DNA of 64,000 bases from Bacteroidales bacterium (GTDB taxonomy: Bacteria; Bacteroidota; Bacteroidia; Bacteroidales; UBA7332): the NCBI GenBank assembly GCA_028687995.1, contig JAQTZA010000007.1, positions 21,099 to 85,098 on the forward strand. The letters are read 5' to 3'. Under the pieces are notes generated by a model. The model searched no databases, was not told where the DNA came from, and saw only the letters and a program-made list of their open reading frames with translations. The first letter of the stretch is position 1. Each line of letters starts with the position of its first letter. The position numbers and the translations under genes are program-made. This document shows positions 48,460 through 58,700 of the stretch, in pieces.

Positions 48460-49071
48460 TTAGTCTTCTTTATAAAAACCTTTGTGCTTTAGAATTGACT
48501 TCGACACAGCAAAGATGACTGCAGCATTCCAATCAGTGAGATAAGTTTGAGCTTTGTAATTGTTATGATTTTCATCAGAGAAAAGAGCAAAATAGTAGGT
48601 GTATTCTCTTAATCTCAAATCTTCCCATTTAACAAAAATATTCTTTTTAGAAATATCCCAACAAACACCTGAATTACTGAAAGCAAATCCTTCTATTTGA
48701 AGGGTTTCTCCTTTTAGTATATTTTCTATTTGATAAGAAATGATATCTTCGAAATAATACTCATATAGCTTATCGACAATATCAGTGAATTTTTCACTTA
48801 ACGTTTTTTTGTTAATACTATATATCGATCTGAGGCGAATTTTTATAATTCTATTTTTAGAATCTCTTATATCGATACAAAATAAACGACCAATTGTAAA
48901 ATCAACCCCTCGAATCCAACTTACTCCAAATCTAAAACCTTCAATCTCTTTTTTTTCTAGTTTGGTAATGGTTCGATTTTCATTAGAAAGAGTCAGTTCA
49001 TCTTCCGAGAAAGTAATAACTCTTTTAGGACTGTAGAAATTCGTTTTATACTCAATTTTAAAATCTTCCAC
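48460..49071 (-). CDS. Hypothetical protein
   Basis: Open AT-rich 203-aa ORF co-oriented between conserved genes. No family recognised. Confidence 0.65.
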   Translation of the reverse strand: MEDFKIEYKTNFYSPKRVITFSEDELTLSNENRTITKLEKKEIEGFRFGVSWIRGVDFTIGRLFCIDIRDSKNRIIKIRLRSIYSINKKTLSEKFTDIVDKLYEYYFEDIISYQIENILKGETLQIEGFAFSNSGVCWDISKKNIFVKWEDLRLREYTYYFALFSDENHNNYKAQTYLTDWNAAVIFAVSKSILKHKGFYKED

Positions 49072-49085
49072 TTTATCAAAACTTT

Positions 49086-51110
49086 CTATTTCGTCACCTC
49101 ATCCACCGCTTTCAAAATCGGATGAACGGAGATTTTGCTGCCAGTAGCTTCCATCATCCACTGATCGGGTGTGAGGCGACCGATGGTGAAAATACGTTCA
49201 ATCTCTTTGCCAAAGTCTTTGCCTTTTACCTGATTTTCTAATTGAAATTGAATCAAATTACCAAACGAATAGGCGGACAGGTAAAGTGGATAAGAGATCA
49301 TGTGGCTATAAATCGCAAAGAGAGTCACATCTTTTTGTCCCAAAACAGGAGAATAATAGTTGTTCCAAACATCACTTGCAATGCTAATGACAGCCGCTTT
49401 CAGTTCAACAGGTGTAGCATTGGGATGAGCATAGAGCCATTTCCAGATGCGAATATCCACCAACGAAACACCCATAATCTCATACAACGACCAGAAATTA
49501 TCCAGCACATACATTTTGTACGCTTCAGAATCATTGTTATTGATTCCTAAAATCTGTAAGTCGCGCGATTGAAACATAAATGCCAGTGCTTCGGTGAAAG
49601 CAGTATTGGGAACGCCATTCAACAAGTAATAATCGACATTATAGAGCGAAAATGTTTGCTCAACGTTGTGTCCAAATTCGTGAACGGCAATGTTATAACC
49701 TTTGTAATCCATTCCGTTGGCAGCGATGCGAGTACGGAGGTGCGCTTTATCGCCTTTCATGGCAGCACCGGCAGCATGTCCAGAGCCACGAGCAGGATCT
49801 ACAGTAATTCTCTCACTCAGGTAAGTTGCCTTTTCTGGCGTAAAGCCCAAACCACGAAGAATAGCCGGCATTTCCTTTTCGAACGCAGCCGGATTTGGGA
49901 AACGACTACGTGTCATCTCAGTCAGTTTGTTTTGATCGAGCGAACTACGTGATTTGAAGCCATCGTACCAAATATCAAACGGTTCGAGATTTCGACCTAA
50001 CCGTTTTTGAATCACGGAAGCAACGTTTTTAACTTCTGGAGAGGAGACAAACTCCACGAATAACTTCTCCACCTCCTCTACAGGCATCTCCATATCGCTG
50101 TCAAAGTTGCGTTTGATATAAGTATTGAGCGATGCATCGTAACACTCATCTTGTCGTTGCATTTGATGAAAAAGATTGATCATTTGGGTGTATCGACCAT
50201 CGTTTTCAGGAGTGGCGATTACTTTTTTATCGTCTTTTTTCACCTCATTGCTATAGGGATTCCAAGTATATGAAGCATTGTTTATCACTTCTTTTGGGAT
50301 AGTCTGATCCACGATACGTTGCATTACCTTGGCAATCATGCGCTGCTTGTCAAGACCTTGTTTCTTATCGGCATAATTAGATTTCAACTCGTCACGCAAG
50401 TTCCAATGCGAGAGTAATTTCATCTCTTTTGGAAAAAGTGCTTTGCCTTTGTTATCGCGTAATTGACCTGCCATAATATTGTAGGATGCGATGTACATCT
50501 CCGCATTATTCAACGTACTAGAATAGTCGAGTACCAGATTCGACGGCATGCGCACCTTGAATAGTTCTCCCAGACGCGCATACGCCCATTGCTGACGGCT
50601 CCAGCTTTTACCCAATTCATTTTTCTCATTGAGCGAATATTCCGGGAAATTGAGTGTTGCCACAAATGCCAGTTTATTGGAATACATATCATCGACCCAA
50701 TGTGCGCCGGCATTGTATCCGCCAAAGATTTCATCAGCTTCGCTGTAGTCGCCCATATCGAGGTCGAGCGGTTCGCGCATTTGAAGTCCCATCTTCACGA
50801 AACTACCATTCAGAATTTCGATATTTCTGGAGAATGTGGAGAATAGCTTTTGTAATTCTGCCTCGTTGGAGATAAAATGGGTGACGCAAAATTCGGAAAA
50901 TGCTTCCGGCGTACCATCTTCCGTTTGCCAAAGTTGAGCGCTCTTTTTCACGCCTCGTTCGATACGGAACGATTGCGATTCGCCTTTTTTCTGTTTAAGA
51001 ATATCGATGGTGAGTTGAACCACTTCGTTCGAAATAGTTGATTTTGCAAAAATGGAAGTTGTCACCATCAGGATGCAGGATAGGGTGAATAATAATTTCA
51101 TTTTAGTCAT
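49086..51110 (-). CDS. Secreted gluzincin-like (HExxH) metallopeptidase candidate
   Basis: Signal peptide; AVHEFGHNVE followed by NTAFTEALAF (third zinc ligand Glu). Confidence 0.65.
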   Translation of the reverse strand: MTKMKLLFTLSCILMVTTSIFAKSTISNEVVQLTIDILKQKKGESQSFRIERGVKKSAQLWQTEDGTPEAFSEFCVTHFISNEAELQKLFSTFSRNIEILNGSFVKMGLQMREPLDLDMGDYSEADEIFGGYNAGAHWVDDMYSNKLAFVATLNFPEYSLNEKNELGKSWSRQQWAYARLGELFKVRMPSNLVLDYSSTLNNAEMYIASYNIMAGQLRDNKGKALFPKEMKLLSHWNLRDELKSNYADKKQGLDKQRMIAKVMQRIVDQTIPKEVINNASYTWNPYSNEVKKDDKKVIATPENDGRYTQMINLFHQMQRQDECYDASLNTYIKRNFDSDMEMPVEEVEKLFVEFVSSPEVKNVASVIQKRLGRNLEPFDIWYDGFKSRSSLDQNKLTEMTRSRFPNPAAFEKEMPAILRGLGFTPEKATYLSERITVDPARGSGHAAGAAMKGDKAHLRTRIAANGMDYKGYNIAVHEFGHNVEQTFSLYNVDYYLLNGVPNTAFTEALAFMFQSRDLQILGINNNDSEAYKMYVLDNFWSLYEIMGVSLVDIRIWKWLYAHPNATPVELKAAVISIASDVWNNYYSPVLGQKDVTLFAIYSHMISYPLYLSAYSFGNLIQFQLENQVKGKDFGKEIERIFTIGRLTPDQWMMEATGSKISVHPILKAVDEVTK

Positions 51111-51207
51111 ACGTTTTACAATAAAAGTGATACGTTACTGATCGAATTAAAGTTAGAAAAAACTATATCAGAATTTGAACCAATTCAACCGACTATTATT
51201 TCGCTTT

Positions 51208-51373
51208 CAGCGGGACTTACTTTTTTTACGCAAAAAAAAGTAAGCAAAAAATGCTTCATCGAAAAGAACTCACTCGTTCGCCCAAAGAGCATTCAGTTAC
51301 TTTGCTCAAATTCGTAGATGGGCTACTCGTTCTACAGCTTTTCGATAGTTTGGTATTTGTTTTTGTCCCCGCT
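51208..51373. repeat. Structured REP/MITE-like intergenic element
   Basis: Outer inverted repeat CAGCGGGAC / GTCCCCGCTG, internal palindrome TTACTTTTTTTT-acgc-AAAAAAAAGTAA, and inner inverted repeat TCGAAAAG / CTTTTCGA. Confidence 0.55.
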
Positions 51374-51429
51374 GGGTCAAAGATTAAGTTTTTACTAACT
51401 TTGATTTTTAATCAATTTGCACATTAGAT

Positions 51430-54165
51430 CTATTTTTCAAAAAAGAGTCGTCCCTCTTGTACGGCTGGAATTGTAAAATAGTCTCCACGACGAGGTTTGG
51501 TGATGGTTATTTTTTCATCAGAGCCTTTTTCGAGCAGATAGATTTGTTTACTACCCGTTTTCCAACGAATCTGTATTTGCTGATTGGAGGTAATGTCCAG
51601 ATAATTATCGCCAAAGTGAATATTTGCCGAACATTCCGAGTTTTCACCTTTTAATGAAAAGCCTTTGCATTCCACTTGTGCTCCTTTTCCCAGATAGACA
51701 GCGTGCAAGGTATCTTGCCTAAATTCTATCGTGGCATACGTTCCCATAAACGATCCATCGGGAATGATTCCCCTGCGAGAAGCATCTATTGATTGCAGCA
51801 CCCAAAAACGGAGATTATCTTTGCAAGTAATATTCAGTGCCGTAAAGGCTCCTTTGTGAGATCGATTCAACCATTCGACCGATTGAACGTTGTAGTTGTC
51901 TTTGCCCACATAGGGTTCGAAAACCGAGACAAACGGTTCGTTCCACGCATCACCCATCTGATGAACGACCAACGTTGGCACACGAACAGAATCGTAAGGC
52001 GTCGTTGCAGATTCTGCTTTAGGTGAAAATCCAGAAAAATAGGTTCTATCAGCATTTGCAGGCATAAAAGACTGCATATATGCCGTTCTATTCTTAGTAT
52101 CTTTGAATGAAAACAACGAAATGATACCTTTGTTATATTCATCCGTCGCTTTTGTATTTGTGATAAAACGCATTCCGGGGAAATCGGGTTCAACTAGACG
52201 TATTTTTTGAGGATGTAAAGGCAACGGTTTCCGATCTTCCGACAGAATTTCTAATTTGTCTCCAATGTTGTGATACAAATAGTCGTTCCACAGTTTATTA
52301 TTTGACCGACAAATATCTACATAAAAACCAGAAACTGGCGATGTGCGAACCAATCCCAAAAGTCGCTCTTGATTAGTTCGGGTAAAGGTTTCGAAATAAC
52401 GGGTTTCGATAAACGATTGCGAAGGTGAAATTGCCTCCTGCATGGGCATTGGCTCCATCGCAATCAGATCAATCTGACCCATCGATTTGGAAGTACCACC
52501 ACCTTTGTAGATGCGCTCGGGACTTGAACTGCCGGCAGCCACCACCGTGTTGTGCGCCGCCCATTGACTATAATATTGTATGTGGAGCGAATCACCAAGA
52601 TTACGACCAATTCCTGGGTCGATGCCCAACACCCGACCTGCTCCATAAAACTCGGCACTCATTCCATTGGCATGATTTCCAGAATAGGTTCCACCCTGCA
52701 CATTGAGCATCAATCCGCTCGATGGGTCCGTGCCATTTCGTTGAAAGTAGAAATGAGCATAATCAATTTCACCACTTCTCGTCCAGAAATCGTTTGGTAG
52801 ATCCATTTGTGCAGGTTGTGCAGAATAGAGCAACAATCCTTGCCAATCGGTATCTTCCCGATGGTGACGACCGTTTTGAACTAACAAATCAAGTAATGCG
52901 CGTTTCTGATCCGCCTCTCCTTTTTTCTTAAAAAGTGAAAGGGAGAGCGACATTTCCAATAAATTACCATCGGAATAGACATTACTTACATCTCCAAAAG
53001 AGGATAGTGACAAATCTGGAAAAGCTGAATAAAGACGTACATCACCTGCTTGAAGCAATGCCGGATAAGCATTCAAAATGGGAATATCGTTTTTTTCCAA
53101 CACCCAAGTAGAAAGCAGAATATTATTTACGGCAGATGCATGTTTTCCCGGATCTTTATAAAAACCGCTGGGAGAGAAAAACCTTGAAATGGCAGTATTT
53201 AGACTCAAATTACCATAATCGCGAGAAACTATAGAATCTACATCCACCAAATAACCCATCAATTTTTCTCTTTTCAATGTATCTTCTACAGATAAAGTAC
53301 TGAAAACCAACATTGGGTTTTTAATGGCATAATTCTCTAGTGAACCACGAGAAATCAATGTCCAAGCAATTTTCTCAAAAACAGGTTGATAAAAACTCGT
53401 ATCATATTTGTATTCTTTCAGAAAATCGGCGAGAAAATCATACACCAAAATAAGCGACGCATATTCGGTATCACCCGATACTGTACTCGAAAATAATCCC
53501 GATTGTTTGCAACCTTTAATTGGATTTTGATAAAAAGCCGCTTTCCCCCATTGTTGAAGTACATCTGCAGCCAATCGAGCATACTCTTTTTCGTCTGTCA
53601 GCCAATAAATAATTGCAGCATCGAGTGCAATCTGATTAATTTCACCATTTATCACTTCACTAAATCGAGAAGGATCTACCTTTTCGTATTTGTGAGTTAT
53701 CTGATTGTAAAATGGAATTTCGCTATTTTTATTGTATGGAACTAGTTCGTCAATAGCTGGTGGACGTAGTGGAAAAATATCATTTATTCCAGGTCTTTCT
53801 TCTCCAATAGAGTAGCGAATGGTAGGCACAGGTGCATCTCCCCAAAGTGAATCAATCTCAAGACCAGTTGCGTTTACTTTTAGATTGGTGAAACGACTTC
53901 CCTTCTCCCGATTCATCAGATACCGACTTGTGAGCCATGTGGGATCATATTCAGTCGTCATTCTATATTGTGAAACAAATGGATAGAGGCGTTGCTTCAT
54001 CTCACTAAAGATGTGTTGCGCCCATGGCTGTGTCTCTATTTTAGAAAGTATTTGAGCTTTATCACCATCATTGACAATCAAATGAGGATGATTGAATGCG
54101 AATGTGGAAAAAGTGGAGAATATTAGAAATGTAAATAAGAGTAGTCTGTTTATTTTCTTTAGCAT
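51430..54165 (-). CDS. Heparinase II/III-like polysaccharide lyase family protein
   Basis: Signal peptide, an alpha-helical N-terminal half, then NHANGMSAEFYG...DPGIG and WAAHNTVV motifs in a beta-rich C-terminal half. Confidence 0.65.
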   Translation of the reverse strand: MLKKINRLLLFTFLIFSTFSTFAFNHPHLIVNDGDKAQILSKIETQPWAQHIFSEMKQRLYPFVSQYRMTTEYDPTWLTSRYLMNREKGSRFTNLKVNATGLEIDSLWGDAPVPTIRYSIGEERPGINDIFPLRPPAIDELVPYNKNSEIPFYNQITHKYEKVDPSRFSEVINGEINQIALDAAIIYWLTDEKEYARLAADVLQQWGKAAFYQNPIKGCKQSGLFSSTVSGDTEYASLILVYDFLADFLKEYKYDTSFYQPVFEKIAWTLISRGSLENYAIKNPMLVFSTLSVEDTLKREKLMGYLVDVDSIVSRDYGNLSLNTAISRFFSPSGFYKDPGKHASAVNNILLSTWVLEKNDIPILNAYPALLQAGDVRLYSAFPDLSLSSFGDVSNVYSDGNLLEMSLSLSLFKKKGEADQKRALLDLLVQNGRHHREDTDWQGLLLYSAQPAQMDLPNDFWTRSGEIDYAHFYFQRNGTDPSSGLMLNVQGGTYSGNHANGMSAEFYGAGRVLGIDPGIGRNLGDSLHIQYYSQWAAHNTVVAAGSSSPERIYKGGGTSKSMGQIDLIAMEPMPMQEAISPSQSFIETRYFETFTRTNQERLLGLVRTSPVSGFYVDICRSNNKLWNDYLYHNIGDKLEILSEDRKPLPLHPQKIRLVEPDFPGMRFITNTKATDEYNKGIISLFSFKDTKNRTAYMQSFMPANADRTYFSGFSPKAESATTPYDSVRVPTLVVHQMGDAWNEPFVSVFEPYVGKDNYNVQSVEWLNRSHKGAFTALNITCKDNLRFWVLQSIDASRRGIIPDGSFMGTYATIEFRQDTLHAVYLGKGAQVECKGFSLKGENSECSANIHFGDNYLDITSNQQIQIRWKTGSKQIYLLEKGSDEKITITKPRRGDYFTIPAVQEGRLFFEK

Positions 54166-54234
54166 AAATCAAAAAATTTGGTAGGCTCATGCAAAAATAA
54201 AACAAATAGTCTCCGAAAACGACTAAATTCTTCT

Positions 54235-55161
54235 TTATTCAGACAATCGAAATGAAAGCAATGGTTTTTTATCGATTTTTAACGACACCTTCGCTCCGCA
54301 TATCAATGGATAATTATCGGAAACATGCCCTACGGGGAAATTGAATGCTACCGGATAATCGTATTCAGCCACCAAATCGTAAATCATCTCCTGCAGCGGT
54401 TTCATCATCAATTCATCTTCATTATAATCGGTAAACTGACCGATAATCAATCCCGAAAGATTCTTCAAAACTCCTCCCATTTTCAGATTGAGCAACATGC
54501 GTTCCACGTGATACGGACGTTCGCCAATGTCTTCGAGAAAGAGCACTGTTCCATTGGGATCGAAATCGTAAGGAGTTCCCCGTAAGCCCATCAATACTGA
54601 TAAATTACCGCCTCTAAGTATTCCAACACATTTTCCATCACGATTCAAGGGATGTGGTTCGAAACCATATTCTGGCAAATTTCCACTCAAAATTTGAAGA
54701 AGCGTCTGTGCTGCGTAATCATCATTTTCGGCTATATGACGAGCCATGGGTGCATGTATCGACATCAACCCGTTCTTTTGCATCAACGCATGCAGGGCGG
54801 TAATATCGCTGTAGCCAATCAACCATTTGGGATTGGATTGAATGAGTTCGGGAGAGATTTTATCGAGCAACTGCATCACACCATAGCCACCTCGACTACA
54901 TAAAATGGCTTTCACATCGAGATTGATAAAGGCATTATACAAATCGGCTAATCGTTCGTCCACCGTACCCGCATATCGTCCATAAACCGACTTGGCATTC
55001 TGTCCACTCACAGGCATAAATCCCCAACCAAAAAGTGTATCGGCAGCGGCGTCAATCCACTGAGGGTCAATTTTCCCCGAAGGTGAAACTATTCTGATTT
55101 GATCGTCGGGCTGAAGGAAAGGTGGGTGTTGCATTTGTATATATAATTTATGAAGAAACAA
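54235..55161 (-). CDS. LD-carboxypeptidase (peptidase S66)
   Basis: CSRGGYG, IGYSDITALH, RGGNLS, LFLEDIGE and FPVGH. Confidence 0.93.
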   Translation of the reverse strand: MFLHKLYIQMQHPPFLQPDDQIRIVSPSGKIDPQWIDAAADTLFGWGFMPVSGQNAKSVYGRYAGTVDERLADLYNAFINLDVKAILCSRGGYGVMQLLDKISPELIQSNPKWLIGYSDITALHALMQKNGLMSIHAPMARHIAENDDYAAQTLLQILSGNLPEYGFEPHPLNRDGKCVGILRGGNLSVLMGLRGTPYDFDPNGTVLFLEDIGERPYHVERMLLNLKMGGVLKNLSGLIIGQFTDYNEDELMMKPLQEMIYDLVAEYDYPVAFNFPVGHVSDNYPLICGAKVSLKIDKKPLLSFRLSE

Positions 55162-55308
55162 AATTATGAATTATTATCGATATACCATCAGTTCAATAAA
55201 ATATGGTTCAAGTCCAATCAAAAAAGAGTAGAATTACAACATAACCCAACAACTAAGAAAAGGTAGAATGAAGAAGCCAATTATTTATTCATTATATTTG
55301 CCATCGAA

Positions 55309-55620
55309 ATGAAAAGATTCTTTGCTGTTATATTATCTCTGTTTATATTGGTGCTCATTGCCGTGCCTTGCATCGACAAGCATGAATCGGCATCACACAA
55401 CACAGAATTGAGTAAAGATACCAGCCATCAGCATCAGAGCAGTGAGGACGAATGTTCTCCTTTTTGCAATTGCGTTTGCTGTGCTTCACCCGTTATTCAT
55501 TCCACTACAATTCTTCATCTGACTGATTTCCATTTCATTCAGAAATATACAACCATTTATCCTTCCAATTTCAAATCTTCACTTTTTGCTTCTATTTGGC
55601 AACCGCCTAAGTTGAATTAA
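55309..55620 (+). CDS. DUF6660-like small Cys/His-rich protein
   Basis: N-terminal hydrophobic segment, His-rich linker, CSPFCNCVCC and C-terminal SIWQPPK. Confidence 0.8.
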   Translation: MKRFFAVILSLFILVLIAVPCIDKHESASHNTELSKDTSHQHQSSEDECSPFCNCVCCASPVIHSTTILHLTDFHFIQKYTTIYPSNFKSSLFASIWQPPKLN

Positions 55621-55709
55621 TACATTTTTTCTTTGTAAAATTTTACCCACAGATTTCGTATGAATGAAACGATGTGGATTGTTGTATTAATTTTTCCAAA
55701 AGCAAAATT

Positions 55710-58700
55710 ATGATCGAACGTATCATTCAATTTTCGATAAATAATAAATTTATCGTTGGTTTGTGTGTGGTTGCATTAATTGGTTGGGGAACCTATTCCA
55801 TCACTCAATTACCAATAGATGCAATCCCCGATATCACAAACAATCAAGTACAAATCATTGTGCAGGCACCATCGCTGGCGGTACAGGAAGTGGAGAGTTT
55901 TGTGACCGCTCCTATCGAAGTAGCTGTGGCAAATGTGCCAAACGTCATCGAGTTGCGTTCTATATCTCGACTGGGTTTATCTGTCATTACCGTTGTTTTC
56001 AAAGACAAAGTAGATGTGTATTGGGCACGTCAGCAGTTGAGCGAACGACTGAAAGAGGCCGAAGAGAATATTCCGGCAGGGTTGGCTAAAATAGAACTTG
56101 CGCCCATCTCTTCCGGATTGGGAGAAGTGTACCAATATCGGTTGGCGGTCGAAAAAGGATACGAGAACAAATACAACCCGATGGAGTTGCGCACAATTCA
56201 GGATTGGACGATCCGGCGCGAGATGTTGGGAACTCCGGGTGTTGCGGACATCAACAGTTATGGCGGGTTTGTGAAGCAATATGAAATAGCGGTGAATCCA
56301 GAACGGTTGAGAGGATTAAACCTAACGCTGACTGACATTTTTGATGCGCTGGAAAAGAACAATGAAAACACAGGCAGTGCCTATATAGATAAAAACCCGA
56401 CGGCCTATTTTATTCGAGGCATCGGATTGGTAAAATCGATTGCCGATATTGAAAAAATCGTGGTAAAAACCAATCCATCTGGCATTCCGATATTGGTGCG
56501 AGATGTGGCGACGGTACAATATGGTAGTGCAACCCGCTATGGTGCATTGGTAATAGACACAACAGAAGCGGTGGGCGGCGTAGTGATGATGCTAAAAGGA
56601 GAAAATGCAAATCAGGTAGTAGCGGATGTAGAAACACGAATCGTCTCTATCCAAAAATCGTTGCCTGAGGGAATAACGATAGAACCGTTTCTGAATCGTT
56701 CAGATTTAGTGGATCGTGCTATTGGCACCGTTACCCGAAATCTAATGGAAGGTGCACTGATTGTTATTTTTATTCTGGTGTTGCTTCTCGGAAATTTCAG
56801 AGCAGGACTTGTGGTGTCATCTGTCATTCCATTGTCTATGTTGTTTGCCATTTCGTTGATGAATATATTTGGTGTTTCGGGTAATTTAATGAGTTTGGGC
56901 GCCATCGATTTCGGATTAATTGTGGATGGAGCCGTCATTATTGTGGAGAGTGTGGTACATAGAATTACCATGAGTAAAACGCATCATGTGGGCATCGAAA
57001 AATTATCTCAAAAACAGATGGATGAGAATGTGTTTGAATCGGCTAAACGAATGATGAGTTCAGCGACCTTCGGACAAGTCATTATTCTCATTGTATATCT
57101 TCCTATTTTGGCACTGATTGGCATTGAAGGCAAGATGTTTCGTCCGATGGCGCAAGTGGTTGTTTTTGCCATATTGGGTGCAACGCTTTTATCACTTACT
57201 TATGTGCCAATGGCATCGGCTTTGTTCTTGAGTAAAAAGACCGAGCACAAGCCTAATTGGTCGGATAAGCTTATGCATTGGCTTCAAGCGGCTTTTATAC
57301 CGGTAATCTCTTATGCGCTTCGACGCAAATTGCTCGTTTCGATTTCGGCGTTCACACTATTTCTGATGAGTCTTGTTCTATTTTCCCGATTGGGCGGTGA
57401 GTTTATACCACAACTGGAAGAGGGAGATTTGGCTGCTGGTGTGATTACGTTACAAGGTGGTTCGCTGTCAAATACCATTGAAATGGTGAAAAAGGCGAAT
57501 AAAATATTACTAGAAAACTTTCCGGAGATTGAACATACTGTGTGTAAAATAGGTGCCGGAGAGATTCCGACAGATCCCACTCCGATGGAAACAGGCGATT
57601 ACATCATTACCCTAAAAAAGGAATTGATTTCTGCCAATAATCGGGAAGAACTGGTGGAAAAGATGAAAGAAAAGCTCGTTGTATTGGCGGGTGTAAAATT
57701 TGAATTTCAGCAACCGATACAGATGCGATTCAATGAATTACTGTCAGGATCAAAACAAGATATTGCGATAAAGATCTTTGGAGATGACCTCAACACATTA
57801 TCCGAAAATGGAGTTGCTATTGAAAAGATTATTCAGAATATTGAAGGAATTGAAGACATAAATGTAGAAAAGGTGACCGGATTGGCACAAGTACAAGTGG
57901 AATACAATCGCGATAGGTTGGCACAATATGGATTAACCGTGCAAGATGTGAATCGCACTTTGCGTGCCGCCTTCGCAGGAAGTCAAGCGGGAGTAGTGTT
58001 TGACGAAGAGAAACGATTTCCATTGGTGGTTCGACTAGACAAAGACTATAGACAAAGTCTCGACGATGTCAAAAATCTTTCGGTTGCGCTTCCCGATGGC
58101 GGACAAATTCCTTTTGAACAAGTTGCCGATATTGAGATAAAATCGGGACCGGCACAAGTATCGCGCGAAAACACCAAACGACGAATCACTGTCGGATTTA
58201 ATGTGCGAAACCGCGATGTGCAAAGTGTGGTCGATGAAGTTTCATCACGCATAGATAAAGAGGTGAAACTGCCAGTGGGATATTACGTCTCCTATGGCGG
58301 ACAATTTCAAAACCTTATTGCTGCCAAAAACAGGTTAGCCATTGCTTTACCGGTAGCCCTTTTGCTCATATTTGTGTTACTCTATTTTACCTTCCGATCG
58401 GTGAAACAAAGTTTATTGATCTATACAGCGGTTCCGATGTCGGCGATTGGTGGAGTAGTCGCTTTGTGGTTGAGAGATATGAACTTCTCGATATCTGCCG
58501 GAGTGGGCTTTATTGCACTGTTTGGAGTGGCGGTGCTCAATGGCATTGTGCTGATTGCAGAATTTAATCGACTGGAGAAGGCTGGCATAACGGACATTAC
58601 GGAACGGATCTTGAAAGGATTGCATTCGCGATTGCGACCTGTGATTATGACAGCTGCGGTGGCATCGCTCGGATTTCTACCGATGGCATTATCAACTTCT

